Assembly (NCBI GenBank): GCA_029961055.1
Contig: JASBVM010000005.1
Coordinates: forward strand, 65,487-129,486
Direction: 5' to 3'
From: Bacillota bacterium
GTDB lineage: Bacteria > Bacillota > Sulfobacillia > JAIMAT01
DNA: 64,000 bases
Position 1 is the first letter of the stretch. Each line of letters begins with the position of its first letter. The notes below the pieces were generated by a model. It was not told the DNA's origin, did not search any database, and worked only from the letters and a program-made list of their open reading frames with translations. Shown one piece after another: positions 20,405 through 28,990 of the stretch. The translations under genes and the position numbers were made by a program.

Positions 20405-23206
20405 ATGCAGACCGGGACCCGATCGAGCCGGGCGGCGTCCGCCGCCGCCTGGCATGCCCGATCGTCGGCGGAGGTGCTGGAAGCCTGGGGGACCGATCCG
20501 GAGCGCGGGCTGGACGAGGCCGAGGCGGCCGCCCGCCTCCGGCGCTTCGGTCCCAACAAGTTGCCCGATGAGGCGCCGCCTTCGTGGTGGCGCATCTTCC
20601 TGGCCCAGTTCCAGGATTTCATGGTCCTCCTCCTGGTGGCGGCCACGGGCGTCTCCCTTCTCATGGGCGAGACCGCCGACGCCGTGGTCATCCTCGCCAT
20701 CGTCCTCCTCAACGCGGTCCTGGGAACCTTCCAGGAAGCGCGCGCCGAGCGCTCCCTCTCCCTCCTCAAGGCGCTGACCGCCCCCCAGGTGCGCCTGCTC
20801 CGGCAGGGGCGGGAGGCGACGGTGGCGGCCGAGGAGGTGGTGCCCGGCGACCTCCTGCTGCTGGAGGCGGGCGACCGGGTCGGCGCCGACGCGCGGCTGC
20901 TGCGCACCGCGGCGCTGGAGGCGGACGAGTCCGCCCTGACCGGCGAGAGCCAGCCGGCGGCCAAGCGGGCGGACGCGGAGCTGCCGGAGGCGACGCCGCT
21001 GGGCGAACGCTCCAACATGGTCTACCAGGGGACGGTGATCACCCGCGGGCGCGGGCGGGCCGTGGTGGTGGCCACCGGCCTGGCCACCGAGATCGGGGCC
21101 ATCGCCGGCCTGATCCACCAGTCGGAGGAGGTCCGCACGCCCCTGGAGGAACGGCTGGAGCGTCTGGGGAGGTGGATCGTGGCCGCCTGCCTGGCCATCG
21201 CCGGCGCCACCACCCTGATCGGGATCGCGCGCGGCTACGCGCCGTACGAGATGTTCCTGGCCGGCGTCGGCCTGGCGGTGGCGGCCATCCCCGAGGGGCT
21301 GCCGGCGGTGGTCACCATCACCCTCGCCCTGGGCGTCCAGCGCATGATCCGCCACAACGCCATCGTCCGCCACCTGCCGGCGGTAGAGACGCTGGGCACG
21401 GCCACGGTCATCGCCTCGGACAAGACCGGCACCCTCACCCGGAACGAGATGAGCGTCCGGGAGGTGCGCTGGCCGGGGGGCCGCTGCCTGGTGGACGGGG
21501 TCGGCTACGACCCGAGCCCGTCCGCGGCCCGTCTCGACCTGGAGGGGTCCGGCGGCGAGCCGGCCCTCCGGAGGCTGGCCCTGGCCGCCCTCCTGGCCAG
21601 CGACGCGCGCCTCGAGCGCCGGGAGGAGCGCTGGACCGTGGCGGGTGACCCGACCGAGGGGGCGCTGGTGGCGCTGGCGGGGCGGGTCGGGCTTCCTCCC
21701 GAGGAGAGCCGCGCCGCCTGGCCCCGCCTGGCCGAGCTCCCCTTCGAGGCGGAGCGGCGGGCGATGAGCGTCCTGGTCCGGGCGGAAGGCCGGGAGAGCG
21801 CCGCCCTCTGGCCGGCCCCCGCCGGCTCGCCGCAGGCCGGGGCGGTCCTGCTGGTCAAGGGCGCCCCGGACCGGATCCTGGACTCCTCCCGCTACCTCCT
21901 GGAGGGCGGGCGCTGCCGGCCGCTCACCGCCGAGGCGCGGCGCCGCCTGGCGGCCGGCGCGGAGGAGATGGCGGCCCGGGCGCTGCGCGTCCTGGCCGTC
22001 GGCTACCGTCCTGCCCGCCCGGCGCGGGAGATCGGGGCGGAGGAGGAAGAGGGCCTGGTCTTCCTCGGGCTGGTGGGGATGATCGACCCTCCCCGCCCCG
22101 AGACGGCCGGTGCCGTGGCCGAGTGCAAGGCGGCGGGCATCGGGGTGGCGATGATCACCGGCGACCACCCGGCCACCGCCCTGGCCGTGGCGCGCGAGGT
22201 GGGCATCGCCCACGGGCCGGAGGAAGTCCTCCTGGGCCAGGAGCTGGAGCGACTGGAGGACCGCGAGCTGGAGCGGAGGCTCCGGGTGGTCCGCGTCTTC
22301 GCCCGCGTCAGCCCGGCGCACAAGCTGCGGGTGGTCCGCGCCTTCCAGCGCCTGGGCGCGATCGTGGCCATGACCGGCGACGGGGTGAACGACGCGCCGG
22401 CCGTCAAGCAGGCGGACATCGGCGTGGCCATGGGACGCAGCGGGACCGAGGTGACCCGGGAGGCGGCCGACCTGATCCTGACCGACGACAACTTCGCCAC
22501 CATCGTGGCGGCGGTCCGCGAGGGCCGGACCATCTACGACAACGTGCGCCGCTCCATCCGCTACCTGCTCGCCTGCAACACCGGCGAGCTCCTGGCCATG
22601 TTCGGCGGGATCGTGCTGGGCCTCCCGCTCCCCCTGACGGCCGCGCAGATCCTCTTCGTCAACCTGGTCACCGACGGGCTGCCCGCGGTCGCCCTCAGCC
22701 TGGAGCCGCCGGAGGAGGACGTGATGCGCCGCCCGCCCCGGCCTCCGCGCGAGAGCCTCTTCGCCCGCGGGCTGGGCCGCAGGGTGCTGGAGCGCGGGCT
22801 CTTCATCGGCCTGGCCACCCTGGCGGTCTTCTCCAGCGCCTGGTGGGGGAGTCGCGACCTGGCCCTGGCCCGTACGCTGGCCACCGCCACGCTGGTGCTG
22901 ACCCAGCTGATCCACGCCCTGGAGGTCCGTTCGGAGGAGCGACCCTTCTGGGAGCTGGGGTGGAGCGGCAACCCCCTCCTGCTGGCCGCCGTCGCCTCCT
23001 CCCTCGGCGCCCTCCTCCTCATCCTCTACCTTCCCTGGGCCGCCCGGGCCTTCGAGGTGGTGGCGCCTCCGCCCGCCGGCTGGCTCCCCGTCGCCCTGGC
23101 CGGCCTGGTGGCGCTCCTGCTGGTCTTCCTGGACCACCTGGGCCGCCGGGGCCGGCCCGGGCGCGGGGGCGCCCGGCCTTTCGCCCGCCGCGCCGTGATC
23201 CGCTAA
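20405..23206 (+). CDS. P-type Ca2+-transporting ATPase (YloB-like, P2A family)
   Basis: 933 aa. Phosphorylation site DKTGTLT, hinge GDGVNDAPAVKQADIGVAMG, 10 TM segments and a cation-ATPase N-terminus. Confidence 0.9.
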   Translation: MQTGTRSSRAASAAAWHARSSAEVLEAWGTDPERGLDEAEAAARLRRFGPNKLPDEAPPSWWRIFLAQFQDFMVLLLVAATGVSLLMGETADAVVILAIVLLNAVLGTFQEARAERSLSLLKALTAPQVRLLRQGREATVAAEEVVPGDLLLLEAGDRVGADARLLRTAALEADESALTGESQPAAKRADAELPEATPLGERSNMVYQGTVITRGRGRAVVVATGLATEIGAIAGLIHQSEEVRTPLEERLERLGRWIVAACLAIAGATTLIGIARGYAPYEMFLAGVGLAVAAIPEGLPAVVTITLALGVQRMIRHNAIVRHLPAVETLGTATVIASDKTGTLTRNEMSVREVRWPGGRCLVDGVGYDPSPSAARLDLEGSGGEPALRRLALAALLASDARLERREERWTVAGDPTEGALVALAGRVGLPPEESRAAWPRLAELPFEAERRAMSVLVRAEGRESAALWPAPAGSPQAGAVLLVKGAPDRILDSSRYLLEGGRCRPLTAEARRRLAAGAEEMAARALRVLAVGYRPARPAREIGAEEEEGLVFLGLVGMIDPPRPETAGAVAECKAAGIGVAMITGDHPATALAVAREVGIAHGPEEVLLGQELERLEDRELERRLRVVRVFARVSPAHKLRVVRAFQRLGAIVAMTGDGVNDAPAVKQADIGVAMGRSGTEVTREAADLILTDDNFATIVAAVREGRTIYDNVRRSIRYLLACNTGELLAMFGGIVLGLPLPLTAAQILFVNLVTDGLPAVALSLEPPEEDVMRRPPRPPRESLFARGLGRRVLERGLFIGLATLAVFSSAWWGSRDLALARTLATATLVLTQLIHALEVRSEERPFWELGWSGNPLLLAAVASSLGALLLILYLPWAARAFEVVAPPPAGWLPVALAGLVALLLVFLDHLGRRGRPGRGGARPFARRAVIR

Positions 23207-23238
23207 GATTAGAGGCATCCGACGGGGGGCGGGCGGCG

Positions 23239-24078
23239 TTGCGCTTCGTCAAGATGCACGGACTGGGAAACGACTACGTCTTCGTCGACGCCATCGGGGG
23301 CGGCGTCTCCCCCCTGGAGGAGCCCGGGCTGGCCGGATGGAGCGACGAGCGGCTCCAGCGGCTGGCAGTCGCCGTGGCGGACCGGCACCGGGGGATCGGC
23401 GGCGACGGGCTGATCCTCATGCTCCGCGGCCAGTCGGAGCCGTTCCGCATGCGCATCTTCAACGCCGACGGCAGCGAGGGCGAGATGTGCGGGAACGGCA
23501 TCCGCTGCGTGGCCAAGTACCTCTTCGACGAGGGCTACACCCGCGAGCGGAGCCTGGCCATCGAGACGCGGGCCGGCCTGATCCGGACCGAGGTGGGCGA
23601 GGGTGACCGGCGGAGCCGCCAGGTGCGCGTGGACATGGGACCGCCCCGCTCCATCGAGGAAGCGCGGGAGCTGGAGGCGGCGGGCCGCCGTTGGCGCTAC
23701 CGCTCCGTCTCCATGGGGAACCCCCACGCGGTCATCTTCGTGGACGACCCGGAAGCGGTGGACGTGGCCCGGGTGGGGCCGCAGATCGAGCATCACCCGG
23801 CCTTCCCGGGGCGGACCAACGTGGAGTTCGTCCGCGTCGACTCGCCCGAGCGCCTGACCATGCGGGTCTGGGAGCGGGGTTCGGGGGTCACCCTGGCCTG
23901 CGGGACCGGGGCCTGCGCCAGCGCGGTGGCGGCCGCCCACGAGGGGCGGACCGGGCGGCGGGTGGCGGTGGACCTGCCGGGCGGGCGGCTGGCCGTCGAG
24001 TGGGCCGCCGACGGCCGCGTCTGGATGACGGGGCCGGCCGAGGAGGTCTTCCGCGGCGAGTATCCCATCCCATTCTGA
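23239..24078 (+). CDS. dapF: Diaminopimelate epimerase
   Basis: LRFVKMHGLGNDYVFVD (compare E. coli MQFSKMHGLGNDFMVVD), catalytic Cys motifs GNGIRC and CGTGACA. TTG start at 23239 (or ATG 23254). Confidence 0.9.
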   Translation: MRFVKMHGLGNDYVFVDAIGGGVSPLEEPGLAGWSDERLQRLAVAVADRHRGIGGDGLILMLRGQSEPFRMRIFNADGSEGEMCGNGIRCVAKYLFDEGYTRERSLAIETRAGLIRTEVGEGDRRSRQVRVDMGPPRSIEEARELEAAGRRWRYRSVSMGNPHAVIFVDDPEAVDVARVGPQIEHHPAFPGRTNVEFVRVDSPERLTMRVWERGSGVTLACGTGACASAVAAAHEGRTGRRVAVDLPGGRLAVEWAADGRVWMTGPAEEVFRGEYPIPF

Positions 24079-24085
24079 AGCGAGG

Positions 24086-25264
24086 TTGAGGCGGTTGCCC
24101 GAGGTGGCCGCACGACTGGAGAAGATCCCCCCCTATCTGTTCGCCGAACTGGACCGGCAGCGCGAGGAGGCCGTGGCGCGGGGCGTGGACGTGATCGACC
24201 TGGGGATCGGCGACCCGGTCGACCCGACCCCGCCCCAGGTGGTGGAGCGCCTGGCGCAGGCCGCCCGCGACCCGGCCAACCACCGCTATCCGAGCTACCG
24301 GGGCTCGCTCCGCTTCCGGCGCGCCATCAGCGACTGGTACCGCCGCCGCTTCGGCGTCCGGCTCGACCCGGAGCGCCAGGTGATGGCGCTGATCGGCTCC
24401 AAGGAGGGGCTGGCCCACCTGATCTGGGCGTACGCGGGTCCGGGCGACGTGGTCCTGGTGCCCGACCCGGCCTACCCCGTCTACGACGTCCAGACGCGCC
24501 TCGCGGGCGCCGAGCCGTGGCCGCTCCCCCTGGAGCGGGAGCGGGGCTTCCTGCCCGACCTGGCTCAGGTGCCGGAAGAGGTGGCGCGGCGGGCGAAGCT
24601 CCTCTTCCTCAACTATCCGAACAACCCGACGGCGGCCGTGGCGGACCTCGACTTCTGGCGACGGGCGGTGGCCTGGGCGCGGGAGCACGACGTCCTGATC
24701 GCCTCCGATGCGGCCTACGTGGAGAACACCTTCGACGGCTTCCGCGCGCCCAGCGCCCTGGAGGTGCCGGGGGCGGAGGAGTGCACCGTCGAGTTCTACT
24801 CGCTCTCCAAGCCCTTCAACATGACCGGCTGGCGCATCGCCGCGGCGGTCGGGAACGCGGCGGCGGTGGCGGCGCTGGGCCGGCTGAAGACCAACCTCGA
24901 CTCCGGGCAGTTCGGCGCCGTCCAGGAGGCGGCGGTCACCGCCCTGGAGGAGGTCGGCGAGCCCTTCATCGCCGCGATGAACGAGATCTACCGCCGCCGC
25001 CGCGACCGGGCGGTGGCGGCGCTGACCGGAGCGGGGCTGCACGTCGCGCCCAGCCGGGGTACCTTCTACCTCTGGGTCCCGGTGCCGCAGGGCGAGAGCT
25101 CGGCCGGCTTCGCCGCCCGCCTCTTCCGGCAGACGGGCGTGCTGGTGGCGCCGGGCAGCGCCTACGGCCGGCAGGGGGAGGGCTTCTTCCGCATCTCCCT
25201 GACGGTCCCCGACGAGCGGCTGGACCAGGCCATGGCGCGCATCGAGGAAGGGTTCCACGCATGA
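24086..25264 (+). CDS. Class-I/II PLP aminotransferase, LL-diaminopimelate aminotransferase (DapL)-like
   Basis: LEKIPPYLFAELD N-terminus and SLSKPFNMTGWRIAAAVGN (PLP Lys). Immediately downstream of dapF. Confidence 0.65.
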   Translation: MRRLPEVAARLEKIPPYLFAELDRQREEAVARGVDVIDLGIGDPVDPTPPQVVERLAQAARDPANHRYPSYRGSLRFRRAISDWYRRRFGVRLDPERQVMALIGSKEGLAHLIWAYAGPGDVVLVPDPAYPVYDVQTRLAGAEPWPLPLERERGFLPDLAQVPEEVARRAKLLFLNYPNNPTAAVADLDFWRRAVAWAREHDVLIASDAAYVENTFDGFRAPSALEVPGAEECTVEFYSLSKPFNMTGWRIAAAVGNAAAVAALGRLKTNLDSGQFGAVQEAAVTALEEVGEPFIAAMNEIYRRRRDRAVAALTGAGLHVAPSRGTFYLWVPVPQGESSAGFAARLFRQTGVLVAPGSAYGRQGEGFFRISLTVPDERLDQAMARIEEGFHA

Positions 25265-26469
25265 GCGAGGAGGTCTACCTGGACCACGCCGCCACCTCCC
25301 CGGTCCGGCCGGAGGCGGCGGAGGTGGTGCGGCGGCTGATGGAGGAGGAGTGGGGCAACCCCTCCTCCGTCCACCGCAAGGGACTTGAGGCCAGGCGGGC
25401 CGTGGAGGAGGCGCGCCAGCAGCTGGCCGCCGTCCTGGCCGCGGAGCCGCGCGAGATCACCTTCACCTCGGGGGCCACCGAGGCGGACAACCTGGCCCTG
25501 CTGGGCGGCGCGGCCGCCCGCCGCGGCTGGGGCCGGAAGATCCTGGTCAGCGCCGTGGAGCACGAGGCGATCCTGCAGCCCGCCGCCCGGCTGGAGCGCG
25601 AGGGCTGGGAGGTGGAGCGTCTTCCTGTCGACCGCGAGGGCCGCCTCCGGCTGGACCGGCTGGAGGCCGCCCTGGACGAGCGGGTGGCCGTCGTGGCGGT
25701 GATGCTGGTCAACAACGAGCTGGGCACCGTGGAACCGGTCGACCAGGTGGGCGCCCTCCTGGCCCGCCGCTTCGGCCACCTGGCGCCCGCCCGGCGACCG
25801 CTCTTCCACGTGGACGCGGTCCAGGGGCTGGGGAAGATTCGCCTGCGGCCGCGCGCCTGGGGGGTGGGCTCCATGGCGCTCAGCGCCCACAAGGTGGGCG
25901 GGCCCAAGGGCGTCGGGGCGATCTGGCTGGCCAAGGAGCTGCGCGTGGAGCCGCTCCTCCTGGGCGGAGGACAGGAGCGGGGGCTCCGCTCGGGCACGGA
26001 GAACACCGCCGGCATCGCCGCCTTCGGGCGCGCGGCGGAGCTGGCGGAGGCGGAGCGGGCGGAGGCGGTCGGCCGGCTGGCGGCCTGGCGCGAGCGGCTG
26101 ATCCGCGGCCTGGAGGAGCTGGGAGGGCGGCTGAACGGGCCGCGTCCGGCCAGCGACGGGGAGCGCCTGGCGGGGGCGGCGCCGCACATCGTGAACGTCG
26201 GTTTTCCCGGCCTGCGGGGAGAGACGCTTCTCCACGCCCTGGAGGCCGAGGGTGTCTACGTCTCCACCGGTTCGGCCTGCACGGCCAGCCGGCCGGAGCC
26301 GAGCCACGTCCTGCTGGCTGCGGGCCTCGAGCCGGCGCTCGCCCAGGGGGCGGTGCGGCTGAGCCTCTCCCCCTGGGCGACGCGGGCGGAGGAGATCGAT
26401 GCGACCCTGGCCGCCTTCGGGCGAGCCCTGGCGATGCTGAGGGGAGCGGTGGGGGAGGTGCGGCGATGA
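25261..26469 (+). CDS. Cysteine desulfurase (NifS/IscS family)
   Basis: VYLDHAATSPVRPE, FTSGATEADN and SAHKVGGPKGVGA (PLP Lys). Start overlaps the upstream stop (ATGA). Confidence 0.85.
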   Translation: MSEEVYLDHAATSPVRPEAAEVVRRLMEEEWGNPSSVHRKGLEARRAVEEARQQLAAVLAAEPREITFTSGATEADNLALLGGAAARRGWGRKILVSAVEHEAILQPAARLEREGWEVERLPVDREGRLRLDRLEAALDERVAVVAVMLVNNELGTVEPVDQVGALLARRFGHLAPARRPLFHVDAVQGLGKIRLRPRAWGVGSMALSAHKVGGPKGVGAIWLAKELRVEPLLLGGGQERGLRSGTENTAGIAAFGRAAELAEAERAEAVGRLAAWRERLIRGLEELGGRLNGPRPASDGERLAGAAPHIVNVGFPGLRGETLLHALEAEGVYVSTGSACTASRPEPSHVLLAAGLEPALAQGAVRLSLSPWATRAEEIDATLAAFGRALAMLRGAVGEVRR

Positions 26470-27668
26470 GGCGCCGGCTCCTCCTGCTCCGCTACGGCGA
26501 GATCGGCCTCAAGGGCAAGAACCGGCCCGGCTTCGAACACCAGCTCCGCCGGCAGGTGGCGGCGGCGCTGGCGCGGACGGGGGTCCAGGGGGTGGAGGTC
26601 GCCTGGCGGAACGGCCGGCTCCTGGTGGTGCCGCCGCCCGGCCAGGAAGCCTGGGAGAGGGTGGAGCAGGCGCTCGGCCGGGTCTTCGGCATCGTCTCCT
26701 TCAGCCCGGCGCTGGGGGTCGAGCCGGAGCGCGGGGCGCTGGAGGAGGCGGCGCTGACGGCGCTGGAGGAGGCCCTCCGGGAGGCGGAGGCGCGGGGGCG
26801 GCCGGCGCGCTCCTTCAAGGTGGAGGCGCGGCGGGTGGACAAGCGTTTCCCCCTGGGCTCGCTGGAGATGAACGCCCTCCTGGGCGCCCTCCTCCACGAG
26901 CGCCATCCCGAGCTCCAGGTGGACGTCCACACCCCCGACGTCCGCGTCCAGGTGGAGGTGCGGGAGCGGGAGGCGTACGTCTTCGCCCTCACCCTTCCCG
27001 GACCGGGCGGGTTGCCGCTGGGCGCCAGCGGGCGCGCCATGCTGCTCCTCTCCGGCGGCATCGACAGCCCGGTGGCCGGCTGGATGGCCATGCGCCGGGG
27101 CATCGAGATCGAGGCCGTCCACTTCGAGAGCTTCCCGTACACCAGCGAGCAGGCGCGGGAGAAGGTGCTGGAGCTGGCGCGCATCCTGGCCGGCTGGAGC
27201 GGCGAGATGACCGTCCACGTGGTCCACTTCACCGACATCCAGACCGCCATCTACCGGGAGGCTCCGGCCGAGCTGGGCGTCATCCTGATGCGGCGGGCGA
27301 TGTTCCGCCTGGCGGAGGAGCTGGCGCGGCGGCGGGGCGCGCTGGGGACGGTGACCGGCGAGAACGTCGGCCAGGTGGCCAGCCAGACGCTGGAGAGCAT
27401 GGGCGTGATCAACCGGGTCACCACCCTGCCCGTCCTCCGCCCCCTGATCACCATGGACAAGAGCCAGATCATCGAGGAAGCCAGGCGGATCGGCACCTAC
27501 GAGACCTCCATCCTTCCCTACGCCGACTGCTGCAGCCTCTTCGTCCCCGCCCACCCGGCGACCCGGCCGCGGCTGGCTGAAGTGGAGGGGGCCGAGGCGC
27601 GGATCGACTGGGAGCGCCTCCTGCCGGAGGCGCTGGAAAGGACCGTGGCGGTGAGCGTCCGGCCGTGA
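26466..27668 (+). CDS. thiI: tRNA 4-thiouridine(8) synthase ThiI
   Basis: THUMP-domain N-terminus and PP-loop [17 protein letters not shown]. Paired with the cysteine desulfurase as in Bacillus nifZ-thiI. Confidence 0.9.
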   Translation: MRRRLLLLRYGEIGLKGKNRPGFEHQLRRQVAAALARTGVQGVEVAWRNGRLLVVPPPGQEAWERVEQALGRVFGIVSFSPALGVEPERGALEEAALTALEEALREAEARGRPARSFKVEARRVDKRFPLGSLEMNALLGALLHERHPELQVDVHTPDVRVQVEVREREAYVFALTLPGPGGLPLGASGRAMLLLSGGIDSPVAGWMAMRRGIEIEAVHFESFPYTSEQAREKVLELARILAGWSGEMTVHVVHFTDIQTAIYREAPAELGVILMRRAMFRLAEELARRRGALGTVTGENVGQVASQTLESMGVINRVTTLPVLRPLITMDKSQIIEEARRIGTYETSILPYADCCSLFVPAHPATRPRLAEVEGAEARIDWERLLPEALERTVAVSVRP

Positions 27669-27729
27669 CGGCGCCTGGAACGGCGGACCGTCCGGACGTA
27701 TCATTCAGCCAACGAAGGGGAGAGGTTCG

Positions 27730-28044
27730 GTGGAGATCAAGCTCATCAACATCGGCTTCGGCAACATCATCTCGGCCAACCGCGTGATCGCCATCGTCAG
27801 CCCCGAGTCCGCGCCGATCAAGCGGGTGGTGCAGGAGGCGAGGGATGCCGGGCGGCTGATCGACGCCACCTACGGCCGGCGGACGCGGGCGGTGATCATC
27901 ACCGACAGCGAGCACGTGGTGCTCTCCGCCATCCAGCCGGAGACGGTGGCCCACCGCATGCTGACCCGTGAGGGCGCCGCGGAGCGGGAGCCCGTGCCCA
28001 ACTCGGCGCCGGACGCGCTGGTGGAGGTGGATCCGCAGGAGTGA
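27730..28044 (+). CDS. remA: Extracellular matrix/biofilm regulator RemA (DUF370, YlzA)
   Basis: [60 protein letters not shown] is near-identical in pattern to B. subtilis RemA. Confidence 0.85.
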   Translation: MEIKLINIGFGNIISANRVIAIVSPESAPIKRVVQEARDAGRLIDATYGRRTRAVIITDSEHVVLSAIQPETVAHRMLTREGAAEREPVPNSAPDALVEVDPQE

Positions 28045-28754
28045 GCGGAACGGCCGGCTCGACGGGCGCACCCAGGCCCCGCTTTCCGGGGCTGCTCTTC
28101 GTCCTCTCGGGGCCCAGCGGAGCCGGCAAGGGCTCGGTGAGGAAGGCCTGGCTGGAGCGCCACCCCGACGTCCGCTTCGCCCCCTCGGTGACCACGCGGG
28201 CGCCCAGGACCGGGGAGGAGCCGGGGGTCGACTACCTCTTCCTCGACGAGGAAGGGTTCGAGGACCGGCGGCGCTCGGGCGAGCTGGTGGAGTGGGCGCG
28301 CGTCTTCGACCATGCCTACGGGACGCCGCGGCGCCCCATGGAGGAGTGGCTCGGCCAGGGGGTCGACGTGGTGGTGGAGAAGGATGTCCAGGGCGCCATG
28401 AGCCTCAAGGCCGCCTATCCGGAGGCGGTCTTCGTCTTCATCCTTCCGCCCTCGTTCCAGGAGCTCCGCCGGCGCATGATCCGGCGCGGCACGGAGAGCC
28501 CGGAGGCGAGGGAGATGCGCCTGGCGCACGCCGCCCAGGAGCTGAGCTACATCGGCGAGTACGACTACGCGGTGGTCAACGACCGCGTAGAGCGGGCCGC
28601 GGAGCTGCTGGAAGCGATCCGGCGGGCCGAGCACTGCCGGGCCTGGCGCCAGCTGGCCGACGGATCGCCGCTGGTGCCGGAGGAGGAGAGTTCCGGCGAC
28701 GGGCTGGGTGCGGTGCCGGCACCCGCGCGGCACCAGCCGCAGGGAGAGGGGTGA
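28041..28754 (+). CDS. gmk: Guanylate kinase
   Basis: P-loop [12 protein letters not shown] with TTRAPR...GVDYLF. GTG start overlaps the remA stop. Confidence 0.85.
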   Translation: MSGTAGSTGAPRPRFPGLLFVLSGPSGAGKGSVRKAWLERHPDVRFAPSVTTRAPRTGEEPGVDYLFLDEEGFEDRRRSGELVEWARVFDHAYGTPRRPMEEWLGQGVDVVVEKDVQGAMSLKAAYPEAVFVFILPPSFQELRRRMIRRGTESPEAREMRLAHAAQELSYIGEYDYAVVNDRVERAAELLEAIRRAEHCRAWRQLADGSPLVPEEESSGDGLGAVPAPARHQPQGEG

Positions 28755-28760
28755 GAAGGG

Positions 28761-28970
28761 TTGGAGGGTCGACTCGACCCGACGCTGGAGGAGGTGCTGG
28801 CGGCCATGCCCCGCAAGTACGCGGTGGTCAACGCGGCCGCCCAGCGGGCGCGCCAGCTCCTGGAGGGGGCGGCGCCGGCGGTCTCCAAGCCCGGCTCGAA
28901 GCCGGTGGTGATCGCCCTCAAGGAGATCGCCGAGGGGAAGGTCAGCTACGAGGTGAGCGAGGGCGAGTGA
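28761..28970 (+). CDS. rpoZ: DNA-directed RNA polymerase omega subunit
   Basis: 69 aa, KYAVVNAAAQRARQLLEG; follows gmk as in Bacillus. Confidence 0.85.
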   Translation: MEGRLDPTLEEVLAAMPRKYAVVNAAAQRARQLLEGAAPAVSKPGSKPVVIALKEIAEGKVSYEVSEGE

Positions 28971-28990
28971 ACCGTCGGGCCGGCCAAGCC

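Noticed and set aside
20378-23218. 946-aa minus-strand ORF opposite the Ca-ATPase
   Set aside because: Antisense artefact; the + strand encodes a P-type ATPase with DKTGTLT and GDGVNDAP.
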